From contig CANQTX010000001.1 of NCBI GenBank assembly GCA_947626885.1, forward strand, positions 30,741-94,740: DNA of 64,000 bases. Reading direction: 5' to 3'. The stretch's first letter is position 1, and every line of letters begins with the position of its first letter. Of this stretch, positions 9,348-19,986 are shown piece by piece. Below the pieces are notes generated by a model. The model did no database searches. It was not told the DNA's origin and was given only the letters and a program-made list of their open reading frames with translations. The translations under genes and the position numbers were made by a program. This stretch comes from an uncultured Clostridia bacterium. GTDB lineage: Bacteria > Bacillota > Clostridia > TANB77 > CAG-508.

Positions 9348-10106
9348 TTAGTTTTTTTCACTAAATTCAATATTATCAATGATGATTGCTGTTATATTAT
9401 CATATCCACCAAGCTCATTTGCTTTATCTATCAGTGCTTGTGTTGGATTTTCTGGATTATTTAATAATAGCGTATATATTTCTTCATCTTTCACCATATT
9501 CGTTAAACCATCTGAACACATTAATAAGATATCATCTTTTAGGAATCCTTTATATAAAATATCCGGTTCTACAAGTGAGTGACAACCAAGTGCTTTCACT
9601 AACATGTTTTTTTTAGGATGATAATATGCTTCTTCTTTTGTAATTGTTCCTTCTTTTACTAATTTTTCCACATAACTATGATCATTTGTTAATTTACGAA
9701 TAATATTTTTTCGAATACGATATACTCTACTATCTCCTACATGCCCTATAAATACGTTATTATTATATATTATTGAAACATCCAAAGTAGTACCCATATC
9801 ATGCAATTCTTCATTTTCTTGTGCTTTTTCATACACAATCATATTAGCATACTCGATAGCACTGTTAATAAGATGCAATATTTCTTGTTTTTCTTTTTTG
9901 ATATTCTTAAAATTATTAGTGATATACTTTTTAACATTTTCTACTGCTAACGTACTAGCAATTTCTCCACCAGTGTATCCACCCATACCATCGGCTAATA
10001 TAAATAACTTTACCTCATCCTTTTCATCTGATACAAAATATCTGTCCTGGTTCATTTCTCTTGCTTTTCCCGTATCAGATTTTGCTAAGATTCTCACCTG
10101 TATCAC
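9348..10106 (-). CDS. stp: PP2C-family Ser/Thr phosphatase partner of PrkC
   Basis: 252-aa ORF with LADGMGGYTGGEIAS, HVGDSRVY, MCSDGLTN and GGYDNITAIII motifs. Conserved stp-prkC pairing. Confidence 0.93.
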   Translation of the reverse strand: MIQVRILAKSDTGKAREMNQDRYFVSDEKDEVKLFILADGMGGYTGGEIASTLAVENVKKYITNNFKNIKKEKQEILHLINSAIEYANMIVYEKAQENEELHDMGTTLDVSIIYNNNVFIGHVGDSRVYRIRKNIIRKLTNDHSYVEKLVKEGTITKEEAYYHPKKNMLVKALGCHSLVEPDILYKGFLKDDILLMCSDGLTNMVKDEEIYTLLLNNPENPTQALIDKANELGGYDNITAIIIDNIEFSEKN

Positions 10107-10109
10107 CTC

Positions 10110-11156
10110 CTATTCTTTCATATTTTGCTTTCTAAGTTGTCCACAAGCGGCATTTATATCGGTTCCTAATTCTCTTCTAATGGTAGTAATAATACCATGG
10201 TTGTTTAAATAGTCTCTAAATTTTATAATATTCTCATTTGTACTCTTGGTATAAATTCCTTTTTCTATAGGATTAATAGGAATCAAATTGACATGTGCTA
10301 GCATTCCTTTTAGTAAATTCACTAATGCTTTTGCATCTTCTATATTATCATTATTATCTTTTGCTAATGCATATTCAAATGAGATTCTTTTATTAGTTTT
10401 TTTTATATAATACTGGCAAGCTTCCATTAATGTTTCTATTGGATAAGTTTGATTAATCGGCATCATACTACTTCTGATGGAATTACTAGCAGCATGAAGT
10501 GAAATAGAAAGTGTGCATTGTATCTGTTTATCTGCCAATTCATATATTTTAGGAACTATTCCACTCGTAGAAATGCTAATATGCCTTGCTCCAATATGCA
10601 ATCCTTTAGGATGATTGATAATCGCAATGGCTTTCATCAAATGATCAAAATTATCTAACGGTTCTCCAATTCCCATAAAAACAATATTTGAAATAGTAAT
10701 CTTTTCATCTCTCTGGATGGTTAATATCTGCTCTATTATTTCTCCAACTTCCAAATTCCTAACAAAAGGAATCCCTGTAGAAGCACAAAATTTACATCCC
10801 ATTTTGCAACCTATTTGTGATGATACACATATTGTATAACCATGATGGTACTGCATTAATACAGCTTCTATCATATTGTGTTCTTCGTCTTGAACATCTA
10901 ACAAATACTTTTTAGTACCATCAATAGATTCTAATTTATGTACAATTTTAAATAAACCTAATATATAATTTTCTTCTAATCGTCTTCTTAAATCTAAGGA
11001 AAGATTCGTCATTTCTTCAAAACTTGTTACATTATCTTGATATAACCATTTAAATATTTGTTCTGCACGAAAAGGCTTTTCTCCTATAGCCATCATTTCT
11101 TTTTTTAAATCATCTAAATCATAATTTTTGATTGATTTTTTCAAATTTTCCTCCAA
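10110..11156 (-). CDS. rlmN: 23S rRNA (adenine2503-C2)/tRNA methyltransferase, radical SAM
   Basis: 348-aa ORF. FRAEQIFKWLY N-terminus, CX3CX2C radical-SAM motif (GCKMGCKFCAST), and C-terminal DINAACGQL. Conserved rlmN-stp-prkC order. Confidence 0.93.
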   Translation of the reverse strand: MEENLKKSIKNYDLDDLKKEMMAIGEKPFRAEQIFKWLYQDNVTSFEEMTNLSLDLRRRLEENYILGLFKIVHKLESIDGTKKYLLDVQDEEHNMIEAVLMQYHHGYTICVSSQIGCKMGCKFCASTGIPFVRNLEVGEIIEQILTIQRDEKITISNIVFMGIGEPLDNFDHLMKAIAIINHPKGLHIGARHISISTSGIVPKIYELADKQIQCTLSISLHAASNSIRSSMMPINQTYPIETLMEACQYYIKKTNKRISFEYALAKDNNDNIEDAKALVNLLKGMLAHVNLIPINPIEKGIYTKSTNENIIKFRDYLNNHGIITTIRRELGTDINAACGQLRKQNMKE

Positions 11157-11286
11157 TTTGTCTTACCATCTATCAGGTTATTTATATCACAAAACATCTG
11201 CCTTTACAATATTTTTTTAGAATTTATTAAAAGTGAATATGATTCATTTTGTCGATTCGTTTTTCATACAATTGTTTATATTTGTC

Positions 11287-12558
11287 TTATCCAAACTTAG
11301 TTTCTTCACTAGAATATTCTTCTGGTTTTAAACCAACTCTATTTTTCATATATAAAATTAGTACCATTACTACAAATGTAAACATAATCCCTATAACAAT
11401 AATGGCATTGGCTGTATTGGTTATTCTTAATAAGTATGAACCTATAAAACCAATGAGCACTCTAAATATATTTCTGCTAATGCTATTGACTGCATAAATT
11501 TTAGGTAAAATACTTTCATTTGTAAAATTTTGTAAATATCTTGTTGTTAATACTCCATGTACACCTTTTATAAATTGTAACACTATTAAGGTTAAAACAA
11601 TCATACCAATTGATAAAATCATATTCAATTGTAATATTCCTACCAATCCAATTATCCAAATACATAACAAAGTAATTATTAAAATTGTTTTTAAAGATTT
11701 ATTTTTTAATTTATTATGAAAAACTAATTGCCTTTTAGCTCCTATACCAGATGATATGTCTTTAATGGCAGAAATAATAGCTATAACAGTTGCAACTGCT
11801 CCGAGATCTGTTAACAAACTTGTTATACAAGTATTCATTAAACAAAAGATTCCCCAAATAATACCCGAATATAACAATAAAGCTTTTAATCGGTTGGAAT
11901 GTAAAATGAATTGAAAAGAATACACTAAATCCCTGAAATAGTCTTTTATTTTTATATTTTCAGATTTTGATTTTGCTTGTTTTATCTCCTCAAATCCTAA
12001 CGAAATCATACTAGCCATGATAGATATCAAGAAAGATATTATTATGGGAATATAAGGATTTATTTCATATAATATTCCAGCTGTAATAGATGATATAGCT
12101 GAAAAAAAATAATAGTTTTTTAATCCTTTTCCTTCTATCTTTGAATAAATTTCACTTTTCATTGTTGTTTCTGGTATAGAAACATTTAATAAACTCGTAT
12201 CAGATGTATCTTTTAAAGAAAAACCTATTGCATCAAAGAATTGTGCTAAAATAAGTGTACTGATATTCTGACAATTCAAAATGGTAAAAACAAACGCAGC
12301 TAAAAATAAATTAGCCAAAACCGTACACTTTTTATTTCCTAATTTATCAATCAACATAACAGCAGGAATTTGTAAAATCATCATAAATAATGCATAAACA
12401 GATGAACCTAGTACAATATCTGCAGCTGTTAGTCCTTTTACTTCTGTTAAAAACATAAATTCTATAGCATAATAGAAAATATGATCCATTGATAGCATTC
12501 TATATAATGCATAAATTTTCATATTATGTTTTCTCACCTGTGATACTTCTTCTTTCAT
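11287..12558 (-). CDS. MFS-type transporter
   Basis: 423-aa ORF with about 12 hydrophobic segments arranged 6+6 around a charged central loop (EEIKQAKSKSENIKIKDYF). SD gaggag precedes the ATG. Confidence 0.75.
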   Translation of the reverse strand: MKEEVSQVRKHNMKIYALYRMLSMDHIFYYAIEFMFLTEVKGLTAADIVLGSSVYALFMMILQIPAVMLIDKLGNKKCTVLANLFLAAFVFTILNCQNISTLILAQFFDAIGFSLKDTSDTSLLNVSIPETTMKSEIYSKIEGKGLKNYYFFSAISSITAGILYEINPYIPIIISFLISIMASMISLGFEEIKQAKSKSENIKIKDYFRDLVYSFQFILHSNRLKALLLYSGIIWGIFCLMNTCITSLLTDLGAVATVIAIISAIKDISSGIGAKRQLVFHNKLKNKSLKTILIITLLCIWIIGLVGILQLNMILSIGMIVLTLIVLQFIKGVHGVLTTRYLQNFTNESILPKIYAVNSISRNIFRVLIGFIGSYLLRITNTANAIIVIGIMFTFVVMVLILYMKNRVGLKPEEYSSEETKFG

Positions 12559-12712
12559 TTGTGACTCCTCAATTTATAATCTCCTGTATATTTTAAATCA
12601 TAAAATTGTTGCTCATTAGACAAAAATTTACTTATTATACTGATGTTATATCATAAATGCTTTTTTTTGACAATATGTATCTTATTCAAAGCCATTTATC
12701 CTCTTATGATCT

Positions 12713-13600
12713 TCATTTATTGAATAACTTTCTTACAGGAATTTCTATTAGTAATTCCACTTTTCTTATCCCATACAATACCTGAAAAACAATTTCTTGC
12801 CATTGATAAATATGATTATACTGCTTATGATAATACATTTTACTTTGATGAAGTTGTTTTACTTTTTGATAATAATTCATTGCTTTCCCGATGGTTTGAC
12901 TTTCATAATGTATAAATGTTTCACTATTTAAACTGATTATTTTATACTTTTTTTCTTTTAAACGCTTTGCTAAAATATCTTCTTCATAAAATAAAAATAC
13001 GTTTTCATCCAAAAGACCTATTTCTTTTAGCACTTCTGTTTTGATAATAAAAAAAGCTCCTGAAATGGCCTCGACCTCCAATTCTTCTTGTTCAAAGTCT
13101 TCTTTTGTATATTCTCCTTTTCTTAAATATTTATAAAATATTATTTCCAATATTCTTGTAGCATGTATGACATCTAGTCCAAAAGTTCTTATTTTCCATG
13201 CACTTCTTCGAATAGGTTTATTTTCTTTATTAAACATTCTTGGTGCCACCACAGCAACTTCTTGGTAATTTTCAAGTATCTCTAGGCAATGCAAAATAGC
13301 AGTTTCTTCTACTATAATGTCTGGATTCGATATAATCATTGCGTCATATGTTTCTCCTCTTTGTTCTAAATAATGTATACCAAAATTATTGCCATAACCA
13401 TAGCCACCATTTTTTTGAGATTGTATAACAGCTACTTTTTCATTTTCTAGTTGTTTTAATTTTTGAAAAGCACCTGTAGTAGTAGATAAATTATCTACTA
13501 CTACAATTCTATGAATTACATTATACTTTTGTATTTTGTTAACGTACTGTAAAGTTTCTTCCTCATCATTATAATTAACAATAATAGCTGCTACTTTCAT
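12713..13600 (-). CDS. family-2 glycosyltransferase (RfbF/WbbL-like, rhamnosyltransferase-type)
   Basis: 295-aa ORF. AAIIVNYN N-terminus, VVVDNLS, GYGYGNN, and the acceptor-side FLFYEEDIL motif. Confidence 0.88.
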   Translation of the reverse strand: MKVAAIIVNYNDEEETLQYVNKIQKYNVIHRIVVVDNLSTTTGAFQKLKQLENEKVAVIQSQKNGGYGYGNNFGIHYLEQRGETYDAMIISNPDIIVEETAILHCLEILENYQEVAVVAPRMFNKENKPIRRSAWKIRTFGLDVIHATRILEIIFYKYLRKGEYTKEDFEQEELEVEAISGAFFIIKTEVLKEIGLLDENVFLFYEEDILAKRLKEKKYKIISLNSETFIHYESQTIGKAMNYYQKVKQLHQSKMYYHKQYNHIYQWQEIVFQVLYGIRKVELLIEIPVRKLFNK

Positions 13601-13653
13601 GTTATCTCCTATTCAAATTTTTGCTATATGCATTTTTTATAATACTTTTACTT

Positions 13654-15468
13654 TTATTTTTTCTTTAAAATAACACCTGCTTCATTTTGGAATACCAATT
13701 CATATGTATCTGTTGTTTGATAAGTATCTCCTGTAAATAATACAAAATAAGTTTTATCTTTATTTTCCATCCAATCATCAATACTTGTTTCTACTACTGC
13801 TGTTTGTAAATCATTAATAGATTCTCCACCAGATGGTATTCTTGAAATAACATATATCCAAGCTTTACAATTGGTATTCATACCGCCTACTAGCATATTT
13901 TTTAATGTCATTCCTTCAACATCTCCCATAGCTTCTGCTAATTTTACTCTATTGGCATCTACAATACAAGAAGCATTAATATTTTTTACTGTTTGAACAT
14001 TTGTATCATAATAAATTCCTGCCAATTGACCAGCTTTTACATAATCCATTAAACCGGGATATTTCATTTGTACTCTTTCTTCAAATTCCGTAACACTACA
14101 CAATACAATAGCTACAAACATAGTTAAAAAAGATAGCATATATACTTGTAATTCTATATTTTTTGCATCATTACACATAACTTCAATCGCAATATAAACC
14201 AATACAATATACAAAATATAATAAATTTTATAATAATAATAAGATGATACTATTCCAATAGCTAGTCCAATCAATGATAAAAGTGTTTGTCCACCAATCA
14301 TTATCAATGCTATTAACATAGGATGTATTTTTTTTGTTTTGATAGCTCGATAAAGAAATAAAATAACAAATGGTACATAAAACAAGAAATCAACATATAA
14401 TCCTTTATAAATGCCACCTTCAAACCCTATAGCATCTGTTAATTTGTTTTGCGTTTCTACAGTAAAAGTAGGAATCACTAGATATAGAATACCTATCATT
14501 GTTACAACTAATAATAATCCTGTTAAAATCATAGTGTTTTTTTTGAATAATTTATGTGATTTATCTTTATCCAATAGAAAGGCATTTATACAGATAAAAG
14601 CAAACATTGCGGGTACAAATAAACAATAAGAGAAAATAATACCTATTCCTATTATAACTATCAATCCAATCTGTATCCACAAATCTACCTCACCTGTTTG
14701 ATACATTTTTGCTAAATACAACATAGCTGTACAAAAGACAATTGCCACACTTAAATAAGAGAACCCATAAAGTAGACTTGTATAAGGATAAGCAAAAGCA
14801 TACAATATTAAAAATACCATTCCTACACTAAATTGATATTTGGATTGTAATTTATCTATAATTAATAGATAAAAAGCTAATGCATTTAAAGTAAATATAC
14901 CTATTTCAAAATATTTGAATGTGATAAAATCTTTAGCATCTGTCAAAATAGTTTTTACCGTATTCATTAAAATTCCTGTATTGATATAAGCTCCTGGTTG
15001 CATTGTTAGAAAATTATATCCTGTTGTATTATCAATTTTGGAAAGAATCATCATATGATCTGCAAAATTTGTTGCCGCACTGTAATGCATACATCCATCA
15101 ACAGATGCTGTTGCGATGGTTCCATCATAAGGATGATATTGTTTTATACTAGCAAATCCTGCAATTCCTATACAAATAAAAACAGCTATTATATCTCTTT
15201 TTCTTATAAAGTATTTTTGCCTGTCTTTATCTCTAACTATTTTTATGATGCACAATACCATCATTACAACATTAACAATGGATAAACACAGTAAATTAGT
15301 ATAAATACCAATACTACCTAATAATAAACATACTGCAATGTTATACGCTAAATATATTATAATACTAAGAATAATCCATCCTATTAAATTTTGTTTACTT
15401 TCTGATTTCTTCATCCATAAGAAAGCTATGATTAAACTCAAAGTTGTTATCATATACAAAATTCCCAT
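13654..15468 (-). CDS. large polytopic membrane protein, unknown family (candidate GT-C-like transferase/polymerase), paralog of 15543-17633
   Basis: 604-aa ORF with at least 12 hydrophobic helices, then a C-terminal soluble domain of about 140 aa. It shares the MGILY start, SVDGCMHYSAATNFADH, GFSYLSV and FSYCLFVPAMFAF..FKKNT blocks with the next gene. Confidence 0.8.
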   Translation of the reverse strand: MGILYMITTLSLIIAFLWMKKSESKQNLIGWIILSIIIYLAYNIAVCLLLGSIGIYTNLLCLSIVNVVMMVLCIIKIVRDKDRQKYFIRKRDIIAVFICIGIAGFASIKQYHPYDGTIATASVDGCMHYSAATNFADHMMILSKIDNTTGYNFLTMQPGAYINTGILMNTVKTILTDAKDFITFKYFEIGIFTLNALAFYLLIIDKLQSKYQFSVGMVFLILYAFAYPYTSLLYGFSYLSVAIVFCTAMLYLAKMYQTGEVDLWIQIGLIVIIGIGIIFSYCLFVPAMFAFICINAFLLDKDKSHKLFKKNTMILTGLLLVVTMIGILYLVIPTFTVETQNKLTDAIGFEGGIYKGLYVDFLFYVPFVILFLYRAIKTKKIHPMLIALIMIGGQTLLSLIGLAIGIVSSYYYYKIYYILYIVLVYIAIEVMCNDAKNIELQVYMLSFLTMFVAIVLCSVTEFEERVQMKYPGLMDYVKAGQLAGIYYDTNVQTVKNINASCIVDANRVKLAEAMGDVEGMTLKNMLVGGMNTNCKAWIYVISRIPSGGESINDLQTAVVETSIDDWMENKDKTYFVLFTGDTYQTTDTYELVFQNEAGVILKKK

Positions 15469-15542
15469 AACTTTTACCTTTTCTCTTTCTATTTTTCTTA
15501 TTTTTAGATAAATTTACATTGGTTTTTTCACTGCTTATATTA

Positions 15543-17633
15543 TTATACATGATGATTCACTTTAGCAATAAATCCATTTTCATTTTCTAATAAAATTTCA
15601 ATATTTTCATTTTCTCTTACAAGTTCCATTTGTTTTTGATAAAGTTTTAATTTTTCCTGATCCTTTGATACTAATTGCATAATATACTTTTTGCTTGTAT
15701 CTAAAAGTGCATCCTGCACTGTATAAATAGTACTATCTTGCACAAAAATTTCGTATGGTATTGTATCACTCGTAATCTCTGACATAGCCGTTGCCCATAT
15801 TCTTGTATAATACCCATTTGTTATTAATTCTAAGTTATCTGCACTTAAATCTGAAATATGATCTCTTGCATATGTTACTAATTGTATTTCATTGGCATTA
15901 AGATTCTGTTCTAAATCAATTAATTTTCTCTGATCGCAGTTTTCACTATAATACATACCTACTAAATTAGGAAGTGCATGTTTTTGTTCTTCTCCAATGA
16001 CACCTCCAGCTTTTATTAAAACCCAACTACTAACAAATAATCCCCAAATCACAACATAAACCGTTCCCGTTACACGCAATATAGGCATAAACTTAGAGGA
16101 TAGTTTTTCAAACCATTTATCTAGTTTCAGTTTACTAAATATTGCTTTTACATTAATTCTTTTTATCACTTCTCCTAGAGTAATATATAACACTAATATT
16201 ATGTATAAATAAATTTTTACAATAGAAAAAATATCTTTTCCTTTCAATATTAAAATAGGATATAGTAATAATAATAGAATAAAATCTATTCGAAACATTT
16301 TATCATTGACATATTGATTGACAATATCTATTGCCACTATAAAAACAACCATCCAAATAATAAAATACATTTTTAACATATAATATCTTGATACAAATCC
16401 ATATAATCTTCCTAAGCAGATTAGTGCCAAATATCCCATAAGAACCACAGAAAAAACATCCATATAACGTAATTGTTTTTTCTGAATTCTTTTAATTACT
16501 TCTACAGCATAAATTAAAGCAAAAGGAATGTATGGTAAAAAGTTTCGATATTTTTCATTGTAGATTCCTCCCTCTACTTTTAAAGCATCAATTAAATTAG
16601 TTTGTCCTTCAATAAAAAATGTTGGAACAACTAAATATCCAATACCAACAAATGCAATGATCAAAAGCATTATGGTTATGATGCATGTATTTTTCTTAAA
16701 GAATTTACCATACGTTTTTCCCTCTTGTGAAAAATCTTTTAAAAATACATAAATACATATAGCCGCAAAAATAGCTGGCACAAATAAACAATACGAAAAA
16801 GTAAGACCAGTTGCTAACATACCTATTAAGCAAAATATCAATACCGAGTGTACTTTTTCTTCTGTATATAAATACTCTACTACTGTGAGCAACATAGCTA
16901 CCATAGCAATACCAACAGATAAATAAGAGAATCCATATATCCAAGAATTATAAGGATATCCATATATATATAAAGCAAATAAAATAAGACTTGCTACTAA
17001 TCCTCTTTTTGTCTGTATTTTATCCATAAATGCACTGTAAAATGCTAGTCCGCCTAAGAACATAACCATTGTTTCAAAAATTTGATAAATATACACATGA
17101 TGCATATGAGTTATATTATGAATCACATTCATAAAAATGCCATCATTAATATATGCACCTGTTTGCATAACATTAAAATTGAAGAAAGTTTTATCTTCTA
17201 CATGAATAAAAAGCTTTAAATGATCTGCATAATGTTTTGCTGCTCTATAATGAACAGCTGAATCTACTGCATAATGTGTTACATCTCCCTGATATATATA
17301 GATATCTTTTATAAACATTACTGTAAATATTACTAAAATAATACATATACCAACAATATCTATTTTTCTTACAAAATATGCCTGTATTTCTCGAAATTTA
17401 ATACATCGATAGCCTAGTACAATGGAAAAAGCCAAATTTATTCCACATAATAATAGTATATGTGCAGTGATGTTACATAAACCTAACACCATTCCCAAAA
17501 CAATATTATAGGCTAATAAAGAAACTACATAAATCATTAACCATTTTATAAAATTAAGCTTTTTATCTGACTTCTTAAAAGCCATAAAGCTAATTCCTAA
17601 AATTATTAATGTTAAAATATAAAGTATCCCCAT
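15543..17633 (-). CDS. large polytopic membrane protein, unknown family, paralog of 13654-15468
   Basis: 696-aa ORF with the same block order (AVDSAVHYRAAKHYADH, GFSYLSVG, FSYCLFVPAIFAA..FKKNT). It has extra helices and a C-terminal soluble domain of about 170 aa. Confidence 0.8.
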   Translation of the reverse strand: MGILYILTLIILGISFMAFKKSDKKLNFIKWLMIYVVSLLAYNIVLGMVLGLCNITAHILLLCGINLAFSIVLGYRCIKFREIQAYFVRKIDIVGICIILVIFTVMFIKDIYIYQGDVTHYAVDSAVHYRAAKHYADHLKLFIHVEDKTFFNFNVMQTGAYINDGIFMNVIHNITHMHHVYIYQIFETMVMFLGGLAFYSAFMDKIQTKRGLVASLILFALYIYGYPYNSWIYGFSYLSVGIAMVAMLLTVVEYLYTEEKVHSVLIFCLIGMLATGLTFSYCLFVPAIFAAICIYVFLKDFSQEGKTYGKFFKKNTCIITIMLLIIAFVGIGYLVVPTFFIEGQTNLIDALKVEGGIYNEKYRNFLPYIPFALIYAVEVIKRIQKKQLRYMDVFSVVLMGYLALICLGRLYGFVSRYYMLKMYFIIWMVVFIVAIDIVNQYVNDKMFRIDFILLLLLYPILILKGKDIFSIVKIYLYIILVLYITLGEVIKRINVKAIFSKLKLDKWFEKLSSKFMPILRVTGTVYVVIWGLFVSSWVLIKAGGVIGEEQKHALPNLVGMYYSENCDQRKLIDLEQNLNANEIQLVTYARDHISDLSADNLELITNGYYTRIWATAMSEITSDTIPYEIFVQDSTIYTVQDALLDTSKKYIMQLVSKDQEKLKLYQKQMELVRENENIEILLENENGFIAKVNHHV

Positions 17634-17713
17634 AAAATTCTCCTTCTTTTACAACATTTTTATACTCTCTACCATTTTTTATTTTTCATATTTCTTTCAG
17701 TTTTGCTCATATT

Positions 17714-18985
17714 TTATATTTTTAAAGAATGTTCCCTATTTTTAGCGTTGTTTTTTTGTATTTTATGCATAATAACTCTTGTTACAATTCCGTATAAAAC
17801 AAACTGTATAGCCAATGTTACTGTACAAGAAAAAGTAGCTCCATTAATACCAAACTGCTTTACTAATATATTCGATCCTATCCATGCAATTACCATTGAT
17901 ACGATATAAATGACAAATTGTATAAAAGTATGTCTAATCGTTGTTAATACTACCAAATTAATATAAGAAATCGCATAAAAGATGTACGAACCTATAATGA
18001 CGCATAAATTTATTCTGTAAGCTAATAATTCTACACCATAAACTAGTCCTAAAAATTCTGGTCCTAATAAGTAAGCTGCTCCTACTGCAAATACTCCAAA
18101 AGCAATGACGATACATTTAATTTTTAAAGTAATTATATGAAATTGTTTAAAATTTTTTTCCTCATATAATTCTTTTAATTTACTTAAAAATGGCATCACG
18201 ATAAATTGCGTAAATAATGTCATAACAGTTGCCGGCATCATAATATAACCATATATAGCTTGTATGTCTTCTGTTAAAAAACTATCAATTGCATATTTGG
18301 GTGCATTTAAAATATATATTCCTGCAAATGAATTAGCAAATACAAAAAACTCATTTTTTAAAATAGATAACACATTTTCTCGATTAATCTTTTCTGTTTT
18401 ATCTATTAAAATACGACCAATCAATAAATAATCAAATTCAATAAGTACCAATGCATTAACAATAATTAATGCTAGACATGCATAAATTAGGTTATGTGTG
18501 AACCCATCAACAACTAAGAATAACACCACGCCTACCAATCCTTTTATCGTTAAAGATTGACCTGCTTTGTACAAAATACCATTCTTTTGCATAATACCAT
18601 ATAAAATATCTGAAAATGCCTCTATTCCCTTAAAAATGGCTAGTAATATGAATACTTCTGTTTTAAAAGGTGTATATTGTTTTATACTTAAAAATACTAT
18701 TGCACCAATAAGCATAATGCCACAAGTAAGTGCTCTATTGCAAATATAATCTTTATCTGTTATTTTTTCTTCTATATCTGTTACCTGACAAAGTCTTCCT
18801 GAATATAGTGCCAATGTATATAGGATGGTAGAAGTAGCATAAGCAATGGAAAAAATTCCTGCTATCTCTAACCCATTTATTCTTGTAACAATGATTAAGA
18901 AAAATAAAGAATTAAAAGAGTTCCATCCTGTACCCAGTGTATTCCATATAAAATTCTTTAAAAATAATTTTTTATCATTATCCAT
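17714..18985 (-). CDS. MOP/Wzx-type oligosaccharide flippase-like membrane protein
   Basis: 423-aa ORF with about 12 TM segments. The N-terminus FLKNFIWNTLGTGWNSFNSLFFLIIVTRINGLEIAGIFSIAYA follows the Wzx/RfbX pattern. Confidence 0.7.
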   Translation of the reverse strand: MDNDKKLFLKNFIWNTLGTGWNSFNSLFFLIIVTRINGLEIAGIFSIAYATSTILYTLALYSGRLCQVTDIEEKITDKDYICNRALTCGIMLIGAIVFLSIKQYTPFKTEVFILLAIFKGIEAFSDILYGIMQKNGILYKAGQSLTIKGLVGVVLFLVVDGFTHNLIYACLALIIVNALVLIEFDYLLIGRILIDKTEKINRENVLSILKNEFFVFANSFAGIYILNAPKYAIDSFLTEDIQAIYGYIMMPATVMTLFTQFIVMPFLSKLKELYEEKNFKQFHIITLKIKCIVIAFGVFAVGAAYLLGPEFLGLVYGVELLAYRINLCVIIGSYIFYAISYINLVVLTTIRHTFIQFVIYIVSMVIAWIGSNILVKQFGINGATFSCTVTLAIQFVLYGIVTRVIMHKIQKNNAKNREHSLKI

Positions 18986-19016
18986 GAATGATTTCTACTC
19001 CTAATTCATTTATCAT

Positions 19017-19925
19017 TTATAAAATTCCTATCAAAAAAATCACTCGTAACATTAAATCATCTATTGTTCTTCTGCGCAATTTTTTAGGATAACACGCTTT
19101 CTGAACTGCTGTAGAAAAGTGATATGTTTCATTAGAAAATAAATCAATTATTTTCTGATTTTCTGGACTTAATTTTTCATAATATATTGTTTTAAAATTA
19201 ATCATCTGTTTTTTAATATCTTTTATGCCATGATTACATAATAAATTTTTCACTCTCCATAATAATAATTTTATATATCCTTGCCCTTCTGAAGTAGCAT
19301 TAGTCTTCATTCTTCTATATTTTACAGTTGTTACATTATCATATGCTACATTTCCCATACCTATACAAATCAAATATGTCCACCAATCATGAAAAAAGCA
19401 GGTCTTTGGAGGATTTTCTACAATTAAATCTCTTGTCTTTTGATTAATTGTCATAGTCATTCCTTGTGTCACACATTCAAATAATGCATTTCTAAAAGAA
19501 AACTTTCGATTCGTTTCACCATATCCTAATAATTCCATATTTTCATTATAATAATCGGAATTCCCAAAAGCCATATTGGGTTTATTATTGTCTAACTGAT
19601 TTAATGCGTGTACTGCCAATGCAATTTTATTTTCAAGCCAAATATCATCTTGGTCTGCATAAGCATAATAATCCGCTTTTGCTATTTTTAATAATGTAAA
19701 AAAACTTTTAATAAATCCTATATTTTTTCCTTTTATTAAATGAATATTATCATACTTTTTTTGATAGTCCTCTATCATACTAACTGTATCATCTGTAGAA
19801 CCATCATCTCTTACAATTACTTCAATATTTTTATATGTTTGACATAATATAGAATCCATTTGTTCTTTTATAAATTTTGCTCCATTATAAGTAGACATTA
19901 AAATAGCTACTTTTTTTTCTTCCAT
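19017..19925 (-). CDS. family-2 glycosyltransferase
   Basis: 302-aa ORF with VAILMSTYNGAKFIKEQMDSILCQTY, VRDDGSTDDT and ADQDDIW (DXD) motifs. Confidence 0.9.
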   Translation of the reverse strand: MEEKKVAILMSTYNGAKFIKEQMDSILCQTYKNIEVIVRDDGSTDDTVSMIEDYQKKYDNIHLIKGKNIGFIKSFFTLLKIAKADYYAYADQDDIWLENKIALAVHALNQLDNNKPNMAFGNSDYYNENMELLGYGETNRKFSFRNALFECVTQGMTMTINQKTRDLIVENPPKTCFFHDWWTYLICIGMGNVAYDNVTTVKYRRMKTNATSEGQGYIKLLLWRVKNLLCNHGIKDIKKQMINFKTIYYEKLSPENQKIIDLFSNETYHFSTAVQKACYPKKLRRRTIDDLMLRVIFLIGIL

Positions 19926-19986
19926 TTATGTTTCCTTCCCTATCCTCTTTACCAAGTATAGTTACTATGAGTATTGATTTGCCATG

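Noticed and set aside
19911-19918. A8/T8 homopolymers close to gene starts (here codons 3-5 of a GT2 gene; similar T8 runs near 34096, 36443, 42349 and 45791) as contingency tracts
   Set aside because: Runs of 7-8 A or T occur throughout coding and non-coding sequence at this base composition (Lys AAA-AAA codons). They are not enriched at any particular class of gene that I can see.
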